From Candidatus Heimdallarchaeum endolithica (lineage in GTDB: Archaea > Asgardarchaeota > Heimdallarchaeia > Heimdallarchaeales > Heimdallarchaeaceae): a stretch of DNA of 64,000 nt. The stretch lies in NCBI GenBank assembly GCA_021513715.1, contig CP084167.1, forward strand, positions 2,208,001 through 2,272,000, given 5' to 3'. The translations under genes were made by a program, and so were the position numbers. Within the stretch, counting starts at the first letter, position 1, and the number at the start of each line of letters is the position of its first letter. Under the pieces are notes generated by a model. That model had not been told where the DNA came from. It searched no databases and saw only the letters and a program-made list of their open reading frames with translations. Shown here piece by piece: positions 24,401 through 32,863 of the stretch.

Positions 24401-27400
24401 AGTTTACCATCCCATAATCTTTGTAACCCACTCGTTGGCTCTAAATAGGGATATAATTTCTTTTCCCATGTGTTAAACGTATCATCATAATTTACAGCTC
24501 CTCCCCCGAAATCTACTGCAAAAGTATCCCAATATTCTAATCTATTAACAGCATAAAGAGCGTTTTTTGTATATTCATCTATAGAAGTTGATGAAAAATC
24601 CCAAGAAAAGAATCTTGGTGTTCCTGAAACATTAAGAATAAAATGACTATTAATTACAGGAAACTCTTTATAATTTCCAAGATCTATAGAATATTCTTCA
24701 TATTGTATATTTGCACGTTTAAGGATCTTGGGATTTTCTAAAATATCAGGAACCGAATACCAATTAGGTAAAGCATTACTTCCTTGTCCTCCATAATAAT
24801 AAAATTGTTCTGTATTTCCCGCTCCATCGATACATTCTATATAGTAAGTTGTCACAGAACCTAACCCTTCTGTTTCAACAGTAAATGTTTGAGAGAAGGT
24901 GTGCACTCCATCTGTTAAATCAGAGTCTATCAACTCCACAAAACCACTATTTATACCGTTCTTCCAATATAGAATTGCAGAAATAGGTGTGGTGTCTTCA
25001 TCTACTGTTATTGTCACTGTAGCGTTATAAGGTCCTGTGGGATAGGTTTCAAAGTCGGTATTCGTTATCAGATCTCCTCCTGTAAGTATAGGATTAGTTA
25101 TGTCTCGAATACGAACAGCTGTAGGAATGACTTTGGTCATGTAGTTTCCATAAACATCACTTGCAGAAATGGTGAAACGTAATTCATCGTTATTTGACCA
25201 ATATGAAGCTTGAGGGATAATGAAAGTATAATAGGTAATATAACCGTCATAATGTGTTTTTGCCCAATCAATTATTGCAATATCATCATCTACATTTGTT
25301 ATGGCTGTACTTAACTCTCCGTTATCTGGATCAATATAACTATAAGGAGTGAACTCATAGTGATGATACTGTAGAGAAACAGAATGAATGTTACTTGCGT
25401 CATAAATCCCAAAAGTTACTTCTCCATTTTTTTTAGTGCTAATAAAATGAACAATTTGACCTTTATACTCATCTTCATTTTCGATCTTGAATAAAGTATC
25501 CGTATGGTCATAATTTTCTATTTCTACAATTTTTGGTTTAACATGGTCTAATAATTGTACATCTTGAGTGGAAGTAGAAAAAACATTTCCTACCCAATCA
25601 GCAACAACAACATAGTAGTGTAAAGTTCCAGAGTGATTGAAAAACCCAAATGAAGGAGTAGTAATAGTGTCATTTGTTATAGGAGTAACAGAATCATAAT
25701 TTGTATATTCGTAGGTGAATTTTTCTCCAGTATCTAAATACCAGAAGAATTGGACATAAGCTATTCCACTATCCACATCTTCAACAGTAACAGTTATGGT
25801 AGCTGTTTCATTATATTCCATTGAAGTAAAAGTACTGAGAATTATAGCATTAGGCTTATTATATTCTTCTACAAAAATAGTGTAACTGTTACTTATCCCC
25901 AAATTCTCATATGAGTCTAGTGCTGTGAACCAATAAGTGATTAAATCTCTATATTTTAACAAATTTTCAATATTATAATCGAAATAATATACACTTGTTA
26001 TTTCATCTTTATAACAATCTGCTATCTGTTCTGATAAATACTCATAATATGTCCCATCTGTTACATTATATCTATCTATTTTATAATGTACTTGGATATT
26101 GAAAACGTTAGTAGTATCATGTATAGCTGAACTAAACCTTATATTTTTATCGTTTATATCTATCCCAAATATTTTAGCTACATCAAATGTAGGTGCAACT
26201 CCATCTATTACAAGAATACTGTTATTTTCTTTTGGTTCATATGAAACATAGTTTCTTCCATCACTTGCTTTGATAATATAATGTAAATCCACACCTACTT
26301 TTACAGGTTGATGAGAACCATAATAATAAACAAAATCGTGATCTAATCTTTTATCGTATTTATTATTATTCGTTCCTCTTTGGTATAAACGTATAGAATC
26401 TATAATAATTGTATCATTGAAATGGAAAACTTCTCCAATAGGCTCGATTTTTATATAAAACTTGTTTATGATACTTTTTGTTACATCAAAATTATAAAGA
26501 CATGAAGTAGTTTGATTAGTTGATATATCTACATCTAGGTTATATGACGAGTTATAACAATAGTTATTATATCCTTCATCTATATATTCCCAGAATATGC
26601 TATCTGTTTTATTGAATTCTGTATATAATCCTGTAATTCTAAAACTTTTTCCGCTGTCTGTCCTGCTATTTATTACAAACTGATTCCATTTAGAGAGAGA
26701 GACAGGTTTTTCAGTTATTACTTCTATCCATGCTTCTGATAAATTATTATTTAAAAAGAGTTTTAATTTACTATTTCCCTCTTCTTCTATTTCTTGTATA
26801 TAACTAAAATACGAAGAACTCAATCTTAACCCATCATATATTATAGAACCATAATTTGATAAATTAAGATTGATAGAATTAAGCTCCTCAAAACTTATCC
26901 CATCATCGCCGTATTGATAATATTGGAAGTATTCTGTATCATCTCTCAGAAGTTGATACCCAGCTAAATAGTCATCATAAAAATAAGCTGTTGCACTTAC
27001 TGTTTTAAAATTATCTTGTATAGCTACTTTGATATTTACTTCATCTGTTTCTTTTACACTAGTTTTTGGTGTAATCTTAAAATTACTTAACTGTAATCCA
27101 CTAATTCCGCCAGAATAAAATCCAATTTTTCCATTAAGTATTAAAGGTGAATATTTTTCTAAATCCAATATTTTTGAATTTCCATTTAAAATTGATACTT
27201 TCAATAAATCATTATATATCGATCCATTGAGCGTATACTTCAAACTATTATCCCTAACCCAATCAACACTTTCCAATAGAGTTAGTGTATGATTATAAAC
27301 ATAAAATAATTGTAATTTATCTACAGATTGTATATCTCCTGAATAACCTACTTGATCCAGTGTTACAATGGAATTTGTATGCGCCAATAAATAATATTCA

Positions 27401-28911
27401 GGAATACCATCTGTTTTTCTATATTTGAATATTAGACCAAACATTCCATCTGATGTAGGTTTAATATCTATATTGAAATCAAAATCGTCATATGTATGAT
27501 TCACTGTAGATGATAAAATGCAATAATCCCAATCATCATTATTAACAGTTAGTATACCATTTTCATAATACCAATCATCAATTGAATGCGTTCCAACACT
27601 ACTAGTATCTACATTGGTATATTCCCATTCTGTAAATGGTAAAGGAGAACTATTAGAAAGAGATGAAAAATCATATTCTTGTCCCAATTGTGTCCATGGA
27701 CTATATTCAGTAGAAAGAACTTCTGGTTCACTATTATCATTAATACTTATTTCCTTAATGAAGGATTCTTCTCTTGTTTGAGTATTATTGATAAATCCAT
27801 TAGAATCATAGTTTATTATTTGATAACGGATGAGTAAAGAAACTGTAGCTTTTCCTGGATAAACAATAGGTTGTGTGGTTGTTCCATTGAAATAATATTT
27901 TTGCTTTGTAGATTCAACTATCGGAACGTTGTAAATATACTGTTCAAAAGGAGTGTTCTCATTTATTGAAAAATTGGCATAAACTGCTGATATCTTTATA
28001 TCTGTTCCATTAACTGGCCCATCTGCACCAGGAAGAACAGTGGAATAATATGAATCTTCTCTGTAGAGGATTCTGCAACTGATGGAGATATTTTCATCAA
28101 TAGAAGGATAATAAGGAATAGTACGAAACTCTTCTAAATACGGTTTATCTTCTATTACTGGAATATAAAGGTGTTTACTTTCTCCTTCTTGTCCATAACT
28201 ATCTGTTGCATTAAACCATATTTCATAAGTATCCCCTTCATTGAATTTACTTTTATCTGCAGAAAAAGTAAAAGTAAAATTGTTTTCACCAATTTTTGTT
28301 GCTCTCCCCTCTAAAATTATTTCATTATTTATTTTTGATACCGCATCTACTTTCTCACTCCCATCATCCTCTAATCCATCTTCATCATAAACATTAAAAT
28401 TGATTGTTTTAGATTCTCCACCTATTATAAAAAATTCAGGAATATTTTCAGGAGGAATATAGATCTCTGGTGAACCATCTGCTACAACAGTATAATCATA
28501 GATTAACGATTGAGCATAATTGTGATTAGTTGTTGAATCATTAACTTCAATGAAATATCTTACATTAGTATTTGGTTTATATTTGCCTAAACTAACTGCA
28601 TAGGTTTCTATCCTTGTGTCATTGCTAAAAGGAGTAAAAACATATTCCATTTCTTTTTTATATTCCACTCCATCTACAAAATAGATCAAGTATATTTCTC
28701 CTATTCCCGTCTCATCTTTAACGGTAGTAACAACAGTTACTCCCTCGAACTGGTTAGGTATATGTGGAAAATGGTAAACTTTCAGAAATTCAGGAGGAGA
28801 AGTGTCTACAATCTCCCCCTTCACAAGATCCAATCCATTCAAAGAAGAGATAAGAAAAAGAATAATAGTTACAAAAGTTAAATACTTTATTTTTTTATTT
28901 TTCTTCTTCAA
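15484..28911 (-). CDS. Giant (4,475 aa) membrane-anchored surface protein with many Ig-like repeats and a LamG/DUF1080-like jelly-roll segment
   Basis: N-terminal basic plus hydrophobic signal. Recurring D-x-x-P-P linkers and Y/F-x-x-x-A-x-D-x-x-G-N domain ends are typical of bacterial/archaeal Ig-like domains. DFDFNIDIK...GMFGLIFKY...GKIGFYS resembles a concanavalin-like fold. C-terminal TM helix (LLLPLLVSGSLLLVTITLIII) with a basic tail. TTG start behind GGAGG. Confidence 0.88.
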   Translation of the reverse strand: MKKKNKKIKYLTFVTIILFLISSLNGLDLVKGEIVDTSPPEFLKVYHFPHIPNQFEGVTVVTTVKDETGIGEIYLIYFVDGVEYKKEMEYVFTPFSNDTRIETYAVSLGKYKPNTNVRYFIEVNDSTTNHNYAQSLIYDYTVVADGSPEIYIPPENIPEFFIIGGESKTINFNVYDEDGLEDDGSEKVDAVSKINNEIILEGRATKIGENNFTFTFSADKSKFNEGDTYEIWFNATDSYGQEGESKHLYIPVIEDKPYLEEFRTIPYYPSIDENISISCRILYREDSYYSTVLPGADGPVNGTDIKISAVYANFSINENTPFEQYIYNVPIVESTKQKYYFNGTTTQPIVYPGKATVSLLIRYQIINYDSNGFINNTQTREESFIKEISINDNSEPEVLSTEYSPWTQLGQEYDFSSLSNSSPLPFTEWEYTNVDTSSVGTHSIDDWYYENGILTVNNDDWDYCILSSTVNHTYDDFDFNIDIKPTSDGMFGLIFKYRKTDGIPEYYLLAHTNSIVTLDQVGYSGDIQSVDKLQLFYVYNHTLTLLESVDWVRDNSLKYTLNGSIYNDLLKVSILNGNSKILDLEKYSPLILNGKIGFYSGGISGLQLSNFKITPKTSVKETDEVNIKVAIQDNFKTVSATAYFYDDYLAGYQLLRDDTEYFQYYQYGDDGISFEELNSINLNLSNYGSIIYDGLRLSSSYFSYIQEIEEEGNSKLKLFLNNNLSEAWIEVITEKPVSLSKWNQFVINSRTDSGKSFRITGLYTEFNKTDSIFWEYIDEGYNNYCYNSSYNLDVDISTNQTTSCLYNFDVTKSIINKFYIKIEPIGEVFHFNDTIIIDSIRLYQRGTNNNKYDKRLDHDFVYYYGSHQPVKVGVDLHYIIKASDGRNYVSYEPKENNSILVIDGVAPTFDVAKIFGIDINDKNIRFSSAIHDTTNVFNIQVHYKIDRYNVTDGTYYEYLSEQIADCYKDEITSVYYFDYNIENLLKYRDLITYWFTALDSYENLGISNSYTIFVEEYNKPNAIILSTFTSMEYNETATITVTVEDVDSGIAYVQFFWYLDTGEKFTYEYTNYDSVTPITNDTITTPSFGFFNHSGTLHYYVVVADWVGNVFSTSTQDVQLLDHVKPKIVEIENYDHTDTLFKIENEDEYKGQIVHFISTKKNGEVTFGIYDASNIHSVSLQYHHYEFTPYSYIDPDNGELSTAITNVDDDIAIIDWAKTHYDGYITYYTFIIPQASYWSNNDELRFTISASDVYGNYMTKVIPTAVRIRDITNPILTGGDLITNTDFETYPTGPYNATVTITVDEDTTPISAILYWKNGINSGFVELIDSDLTDGVHTFSQTFTVETEGLGSVTTYYIECIDGAGNTEQFYYYGGQGSNALPNWYSVPDILENPKILKRANIQYEEYSIDLGNYKEFPVINSHFILNVSGTPRFFSWDFSSTSIDEYTKNALYAVNRLEYWDTFAVDFGGGAVNYDDTFNTWEKKLYPYLEPTSGLQRLWDGKLHLKYELNVTSENEPLFTSKPVHYLKIPLNLYHNFVDTIIDFDTNTIEKIQLWAVKPTNNVYPYTFNLSAPISLPYNSYESVASGYYTHPGLIKMGINGNYEYRDIIVEVVPKTEYNETSGLWSFVQDGDSKYNYYLDVYNIRNYGIFYSIDQSAHQDFDDFQNLYRFIHDKGTEYYTSTEIDQFLANVTEELSINPEITKWNYIAIKETKDTTESSRNRLLPCLYVDEDKNLRTFAYPEDSPFDKTLPRRIALLFSLPTFVNFRNGYYNPLYFASKFSIDYQGSLMLQFYETNISDYQAYSGPQFEQPYLDLMSHYSESWFEPFPTNPLSIHYKLKEMVCDAYDVYYESLTPSEKLLIDSGNSTMPPMDYLSSITWSNSTIIDTYNKNRYSWMFITFDEFNHFEIKDMSFSALYGKIYDDFYKRTGDLLKPLYEWVDPSVPEYVYPELHEKLYFDFVDFFIKPNNKQIINDYYFDTECNAPVIDIDLNDLVNLPEGLDFEIILNSSRTDYSTENYFLNELSSYYSTTVQDFKEQHNIWRELISETKISWVNNTEYFYNGTLIQTNIIIELLNDYNNLIHRSISVNPNTIDWYIFDNEKSVSTASSYSNLHYHISATKNVDNNGTGYILFQLPQYYEGWMKKSESPFSNNLSYSYSTRYNRHSYSTMLTTNYITLQTNDFEETNNIPYILSDRISDLVIDAELNYTTSTNISYIYVDEIYATSTNGTELLVFKYNESDDITLYSIKHYRTLLSIPLSWGSDENYTYGEDNSQYYMMVKNFKIVFKINSTVVQSSYNFKVSFYDLRLDVDSSEIPRIIVVDDFSPPQIDCWIDYPRMPDSRDYIRADDTTWYFEIGLTDISGAELKSVKYYIYTQKYDHFNEKYIESPILADLGIINEGYTFSITPSVTVNDFVLDENGHWIQTYASYIAIEIKASDLSYYNNEQVKTIYFNVTDSVQPRLYTSYTYSDYLHGEPGSLGNEIPYDSALDEISVLVNDRNDISSVNLEINVDRFDISPDFELVSITDLHLELEEIGGEPVKYYVSGSAYKKYKNSSVNIYELLKSKYNSIAPEHVQFRYIVEDVYGNSISSQYYDIYYKDTYGPEVTWLTLQGEAGGEPDPNVGDLVLSAKVRDAAYEDDINSNNGNLTVFALIDLFVQETVWLWDDLNYFFVPSISLVGEGNTGSPGRYIFGDWATKIDLFLLECKAITIEEIDNGIYDHVLYYDITLIAGTNDEFIDYWDNSLGSRVDIPEGTGPDSVSEVKATDRFGNEGTVNSMNIVLADNRLEWSSTPQIISGHKLEGVENAIHGFHNLKVKLLNDPSSNLPFIEHYNGAFPVDLYKRVSVWAGEDWNEIINEVAYPNVIEGTECIFEVDHIGDSRINVGDKVKLEIFAKQTIEVDDGQGGIVYVDLYSKDPFELEFKITDKYAPEIANFHPESIPNFINGTNISFYVIEDIALLDTSNTIIGIWSDLSDFTTQQNELFPQLSITKVNNTHYFVETTVNASLWHEILDDNSKYAVHITIDDGVNILNTTIRKYITDAQGPSLSLFLNDPSSDSRYDFDTNIKILATDDNVIGENDVHFKYQDYTGLWSDWGVATFIQGIDNIYTFSFIIPKGSHPTPMILNIIVKASDIHGYETITSKSFDLVDKRAPDYKTNIPTGVGILFNPIVAGANDIQEPYDPSIAITYQGKTHIVILATDISGINLCSSVVEIQFSTDGSNWGSIYSFSIGICADFDLDDYNSTGQWVERYWKAYDITIEASLFDSADFIVGNYIRIRPKIVDINDNVQTQYYYDTQIKDGSPSLLSVHLTNPVVTEGGEVDYYNPPKVTVDLSTPYTFEYITVYLRRSSDNVLFSSSTFDTFNPSTGLYEGDFPQLDLSYVGINFYIDVYVYCSILDGYDENTKSNNKLIINSVSGEGTNNPLSFLITEYLPPLADEIDAQIVVYQDTSQIKIPVYDDTTTLTSTNVVSIKYDDVSQPTQDMSYSGTVVGTEPHPTNSSWQMIVANIDGSIFNIGDKVALAITLQDNCGNTATYRLDNNDDINDDTGLGYRINQASPTVTITSSYSNNEINYASDIDITFSVQHEDGDYNTQYRYSIESGSYTEWTSATGSSGTYSFTIPKTEYRIDEYINIEVRASDETGTYFGTDSVSLHAVDKEPPSGIVFKESPDGAVKDVGEDLSFDCKISDEITPYPYMDYQYRYKNENDDWTTWQTDGTLLEDNYYSITIPGQITTGTYIVEVKGTDEAGNSATYSFDYIVSDKTPPTIDFTPPNGVSNNEAYDLKISYFISDNYVNIEPSMVTFSYKENGEGTAHYRTVHSGSLEDEFYSYIDNAILNYEDTFSITITASDGINLVEITDSFTVSVDATNPSGSNPSVDDSTPVYGSTIELSINVFDDGGVSTLYTKYKCYYKHPGESSFTNYVYGTITTTPEDTKTPTFTLSNLKWYSGAWDVKFTYTDAHGHSGSYTWNDAFTVIDNIKPSVTKPISSSGNTIDVGHSTYIRADFSDLSSLASGLDLAGTPPNRVCYIKHKDPSGNWVYHSISHYSGNTYQVYFVPDSSYSGKLIEWRAVAYDKAGNVQTSSAFYLQVNEVHYAPSIISVWAYGYNDRTMNDLFYARVHAKCSTDNINYIQIRYGPTTSSYTTTSSGISRYSGTARDGYWQKQLTGGDRIGERVYFKYRVRNDYGQYSSWSSWKYVEYKGLFGAMDLELKVEEIEFNESRKTLTVKFNKAFASENYRPFIILKVDQYTTRKLILTPLDEEGKTYILPLSSLIDSYEIDTLEYMFTIENWFGRIWSSEDYSLYISDLTKPKIVKVVYADYYSVGEQITINAKIVDKNIKEIKILFLSPTEKGWKVIKTKNMKEMLSSFFLIGFKAKNSPGYYIQIIARDKNLNEQVSEIYRIIVNLSSSQKYSLLLPLLVSGSLLLVTITLIIIKKPKLLLKAKFFLTSNWSTLSQTRGRKFSHFFKSFGGKK

Positions 28912-28913
28912 TT

Positions 28914-31031
28914 CTAACCCCCTCCAATCCCTTTTCTTCTAAAAAGAATCCATAGTATTGCCCCTATACTAATTACCCCTACACTAACAAGGGTAATTTG
29001 AACGATTAGACTATCGCTTATTTTTTGTTTTTCTTCTATGATGGTAAAATTCCACGTCCGCGTATATTTCCACTCTTCTGACCAAGAACTATTGGAACTT
29101 TTGACAGTAAACTCTAACGTGTGCTCTCCTATTTCTAAACCTGAATAACTGAAATAATAACGTGTTTCTTGCGCTTCAGCGGTTATATCTCCTCCATCTA
29201 AAATAAGGCTAGGAAGACCGTTACCATAAGAGATGTTAAGGTAAAAGCTTTTTCTAGTCGTGTACTCTTGAATGTTGGTTTTATGCACTATCACCCAAGC
29301 TCGACGAGAACTGATGAGTGAACCTTGAATGTCAATAGCTTGACTATCATTCATTGAACGAAAAACAAGATACTTGATTTCACCATAACCGAATAAATTA
29401 AACGTCTTCTTCATATTGCTTGTTAAAGAAACATCTTCTACTATTAGGTCTCCATCCTCATCTGTCTGCTCAGAGACGAGAGCAACGACTGCAGTTATAT
29501 TTGTTTCTACATTAATAGTATAGTTATATTCTTCTCTAGTTTGTATGGCGTAAACTCTTACAGCATCACCATTTTTGCGGTCTAAAACAGTTTGAAAATT
29601 AACCGTATCACCAATATTCTCAATAGCTAGCTCTATGGGTAAACCATATTGGTATATTCCCCACCCTTCAAAGTTATCTTTTCCAAAATAATCTTTAGTA
29701 GGCTCAGGATAATTATAATAAGCTGTTCCAGAGGATTCGTAGGTGTGTAATAAAATAATTTGCTTTACTTTTGCTACTTTTTCCCAGGTATACTCCCAGT
29801 TAGAAGCAGTCATAGACAAAGCAACTGCAGATATGTATGCACAAGATAGATCTGGAGAAGCTTGAGGGATTACATCATATTCGTTTTTAGCATCTGCAAC
29901 TAGAGCATATTGTGTATAACCCATTGATCCCCCGAAAGCCATGAGATCAGGTTTTAAGCCATAATAGGTGTTACCGTGAGCTGAAGGTTCAATTTTTCCA
30001 TTTTTATTTGCATTTCCTACAGTTATAGCTTTTTTAGCTGTTCCAGGAGAATTAATATAAGAGTTAGACCCTTCGTCACCAGATGTAGCAACAACCACTA
30101 GCCCTTCATCAGCTAACTCATTAATTTTATCATCTATATTCATAACTTGTGAATCTAACCTAAAACTAAGGTTAACTACGGTAATGTTATATTGCTCTTT
30201 GATCGTTTTCAAGTAATCTAGAGCATCTAAAACAGTATCATATGTCGTTTTTCCTTCATCATCAAGAACTTTTAGCGCAATTATTTTTGCCCCAGGACAA
30301 ATACCAGTATATTCCTCTAACAAGGGATAATGGATTGTTCCGTTAATGTATGCACCGTTCTCTTCATCTAAATTACCAACACTTAATTCAAGATATCTTG
30401 TTTTTTCTTCTTTGCTAGTATAAACATAGTGATATTCTCCAGTATCCACCCTAACAGAATCTATATTTTCTATTCCTCTTCCATCCACAAGAAAAATTCT
30501 TATTTCTATCCCTTCTTCCCAATGAAAAGAACAGTCTAAGGTTTCATTAGGTCGAAGATAAAATTTTTTTACAGGAACAAAGTATCGTGGTTCAGTATAA
30601 AAAGAGAAACTATAATTTAAGGCTGAATTGTTCTTACCTGCAATAATAGAAGATACGGCAGTTCCATGTCCATTAACATCAGTTGGCTCATCATAAAGGT
30701 CATTTTCTTCATCAACAGATGAACCTACAAAATCTTTCCAATGAACGAGCTGTTCCTCATCAAACATAAAATGGTTAAGGTTTATTCCCGTGTCCAGTAT
30801 AGCCACAGTCTTATTTCCTGGATCTAACTTTATCCATTCATCTTCTGTTAATTTTCTTACGTTTTTTCCTGAACTTGATTCCTTTGAATTGAGAATATTT
30901 TGTCTATCTTCTCTTTCATCCTCAATATAAGAATATGAATCATTCTCTATATTTATTTGATAAATCGAACTTACGCTTGAAAAAAATATCAGGACTATAA
31001 TAATTGTTATTGCTAATTTGCTTTTTACCAT
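28914..31031 (-). CDS. S8 subtilase-family protein, membrane-anchored, probably catalytically inactive
   Basis: VAILDTGI (Asp), DVNGHGTAVSSIIAG (His), GICPGAKIIALKVLD, SPGTAKKAITVG and KPDLMAFG are present. The oxyanion motif reads ATSGD, and the GTSMA position aligns to SPDLS. Signal peptide at the N-terminus; TM helix plus RRK at the C-terminus. Confidence 0.88.
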   Translation of the reverse strand: MVKSKLAITIIIVLIFFSSVSSIYQINIENDSYSYIEDEREDRQNILNSKESSSGKNVRKLTEDEWIKLDPGNKTVAILDTGINLNHFMFDEEQLVHWKDFVGSSVDEENDLYDEPTDVNGHGTAVSSIIAGKNNSALNYSFSFYTEPRYFVPVKKFYLRPNETLDCSFHWEEGIEIRIFLVDGRGIENIDSVRVDTGEYHYVYTSKEEKTRYLELSVGNLDEENGAYINGTIHYPLLEEYTGICPGAKIIALKVLDDEGKTTYDTVLDALDYLKTIKEQYNITVVNLSFRLDSQVMNIDDKINELADEGLVVVATSGDEGSNSYINSPGTAKKAITVGNANKNGKIEPSAHGNTYYGLKPDLMAFGGSMGYTQYALVADAKNEYDVIPQASPDLSCAYISAVALSMTASNWEYTWEKVAKVKQIILLHTYESSGTAYYNYPEPTKDYFGKDNFEGWGIYQYGLPIELAIENIGDTVNFQTVLDRKNGDAVRVYAIQTREEYNYTINVETNITAVVALVSEQTDEDGDLIVEDVSLTSNMKKTFNLFGYGEIKYLVFRSMNDSQAIDIQGSLISSRRAWVIVHKTNIQEYTTRKSFYLNISYGNGLPSLILDGGDITAEAQETRYYFSYSGLEIGEHTLEFTVKSSNSSWSEEWKYTRTWNFTIIEEKQKISDSLIVQITLVSVGVISIGAILWILFRRKGIGGG

Positions 31032-31038
31032 TTCTCTT

Positions 31039-31242
31039 TCACCTATTACCTAAAACGATTATTTTCTCCTTAAACTGATTATTCTCTAATTTATTTTTAA
31101 ATGAGGAAAAAAATTCAGAATATTCAGACTGGAAAAGTTTTGACTCTATTCTATAATTCTTATACGAAAAAACAAGTGTAGTGATTCTTTTTTGTTCTAG
31201 TTCTGTTTTAGTTAGAACACCTCTTCTTAATAAACTGACCAT
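31039..31242 (-). CDS. Small hypothetical protein (67 aa), possibly the first gene of the giant-protein operon
   Basis: ATG at 31242 is preceded by GGTGG, and the stop lies 7 nt before the S8 start. No recognisable motif. Confidence 0.3.
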   Translation of the reverse strand: MVSLLRRGVLTKTELEQKRITTLVFSYKNYRIESKLFQSEYSEFFSSFKNKLENNQFKEKIIVLGNR

Positions 31243-31954
31243 TTTTCCACCTGAATATAAATAGAGTAAAAAGGGAGAGTGTAGAAAGTGAACAATGTCC
31301 ACTTTCTATTTGTTTTTGTTTGCCCATATCCACAGAAATCCCTATTGGGTCTAAAAGGAAGTCAATTTTCTGTATCAGAAACAAGGCAACATGAGCCAAT
31401 TTAGCACTACTCAAGTACTTGGGGTTGGTATTAGACAAGAGTTCGTATCCAAATTGACTCATAAAATGTACGCTTATCGTTCTCTTTAAAAAGCTAACCC
31501 CTATATATAAAGATGCACAGAATTTAGATATTTGACTATTTAAAAAAAAATATTTAGATTCCCATAACAATGTGTAAATATAATGCTCTTCCGCCAAAAA
31601 TGTTATGTTCAGAAGGTGAAAAACTATTTCCATTTTTTTAGAAATACCACTATCTTTTATATAAAAATGTGTATATGTAAAACACTTTTATAAAAAAAGT
31701 TATTCTCGGAAGGTAACAAAACGTTCTATATTTTCAAGAAAAGTCAATCCCATCCCTTATACTGATATATAAACATATGCACGAGGCTTGTAAAAGGGAC
31801 AAAAATGTACAGTATAAGGTATAAAGATCATATTTCAAAAAATAAATTGAAATTAATAAATATTCAATCATCATTTACTTATATTATTAATAGTCAAAAT
31901 TTCTATAGTTTTCACTATATGTATTTAAATATTAATTTCACAATAGTGATCTAC

Positions 31955-32863
31955 ATGCCTTTAGATGATAAAACAAAAGATGAAATTATCAAGTCTTTCA
32001 ATAGTTTTAGTATAGTACAGGAACATAAAATATTGGAAAAAATGAGAAAATGTTCTTTTACTGAAGAAGAAATTGAAAATATTATAAAAACGAATATAAA
32101 AGAAGACATATCTCTTGAACAAAAAAATAGAACTATTAATTATTTACTAAATACTTTCAGTCCAAGTGTTTCTCGTTTTTATTATGAAGGTATTGATGAC
32201 CGTTCTGGAATAGAAAGCAAGAAAATCAGAGAAATTGATTTTAGATTTAATTTCAATATATTTAAAAAACTAGAAACTAGTGTCATTAATTCACAAATTT
32301 TTTTTGCAGGCGATATTAAAAACAATGATGAATATTTGTGGGTTTTTAGCAGTATAAAAGAGAATTTTGGTTTTTTTCCCATATACTTTGAAAATGCTGA
32401 TAATGAACAATTATTGAAACATTTCCCCATCATATGGAATAAGAAACTTCCTCTTCCTTTTACTGTCGTAGAAAATATGATCCCACTACATAAAAATGGT
32501 AAAAGAATAGCTAAAAAAGAAAAAAAGAAAGAACAACGGCCTAGAGATTTTTGTAATCAAGTAACAAGTGGAATAGACGGTTTGATACTTACCATTCAGC
32601 GATATGCGAATATTGGAGGAATTAATACTAAAAATCTCATAGTTCCTCTGCTAATTTTATCTAATAAACCTATATTGATTTCTAAAATTCCTCCTAGAAA
32701 AGAAGATGTTAAAGAAACTGAAGCTCTTATTTACCTTTTTCAACCAAATTTTACTCCAACAACGACTAGTAGATGGCTTATTCCTATTCTAGTTGTACAT
32801 CAAGATAGTCTGTTAGATGTAATCAAAAAATTAACCGTTATCTTTACAATTGAACTAATATGA
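31955..32863 (+). CDS. PD-(D/E)xK nuclease-superfamily protein
   Basis: E-x-x-I...YYEGIDD...KIREIDF...FAGDIK...LWVF matches the REID...(D/E)xK...WVF restriction-endonuclease-like pattern. Start moved to ATG 31955 (after GTGAT) from the ORF-track 31805. Confidence 0.6.
   Translation: MPLDDKTKDEIIKSFNSFSIVQEHKILEKMRKCSFTEEEIENIIKTNIKEDISLEQKNRTINYLLNTFSPSVSRFYYEGIDDRSGIESKKIREIDFRFNFNIFKKLETSVINSQIFFAGDIKNNDEYLWVFSSIKENFGFFPIYFENADNEQLLKHFPIIWNKKLPLPFTVVENMIPLHKNGKRIAKKEKKKEQRPRDFCNQVTSGIDGLILTIQRYANIGGINTKNLIVPLLILSNKPILISKIPPRKEDVKETEALIYLFQPNFTPTTTSRWLIPILVVHQDSLLDVIKKLTVIFTIELI

Noticed and set aside
31208-31954. ORF 31208..31633 and the N-terminal extension 31805-31954
   Set aside because: Low-complexity AT-rich sequence without SD or motifs; more likely a divergent promoter region.
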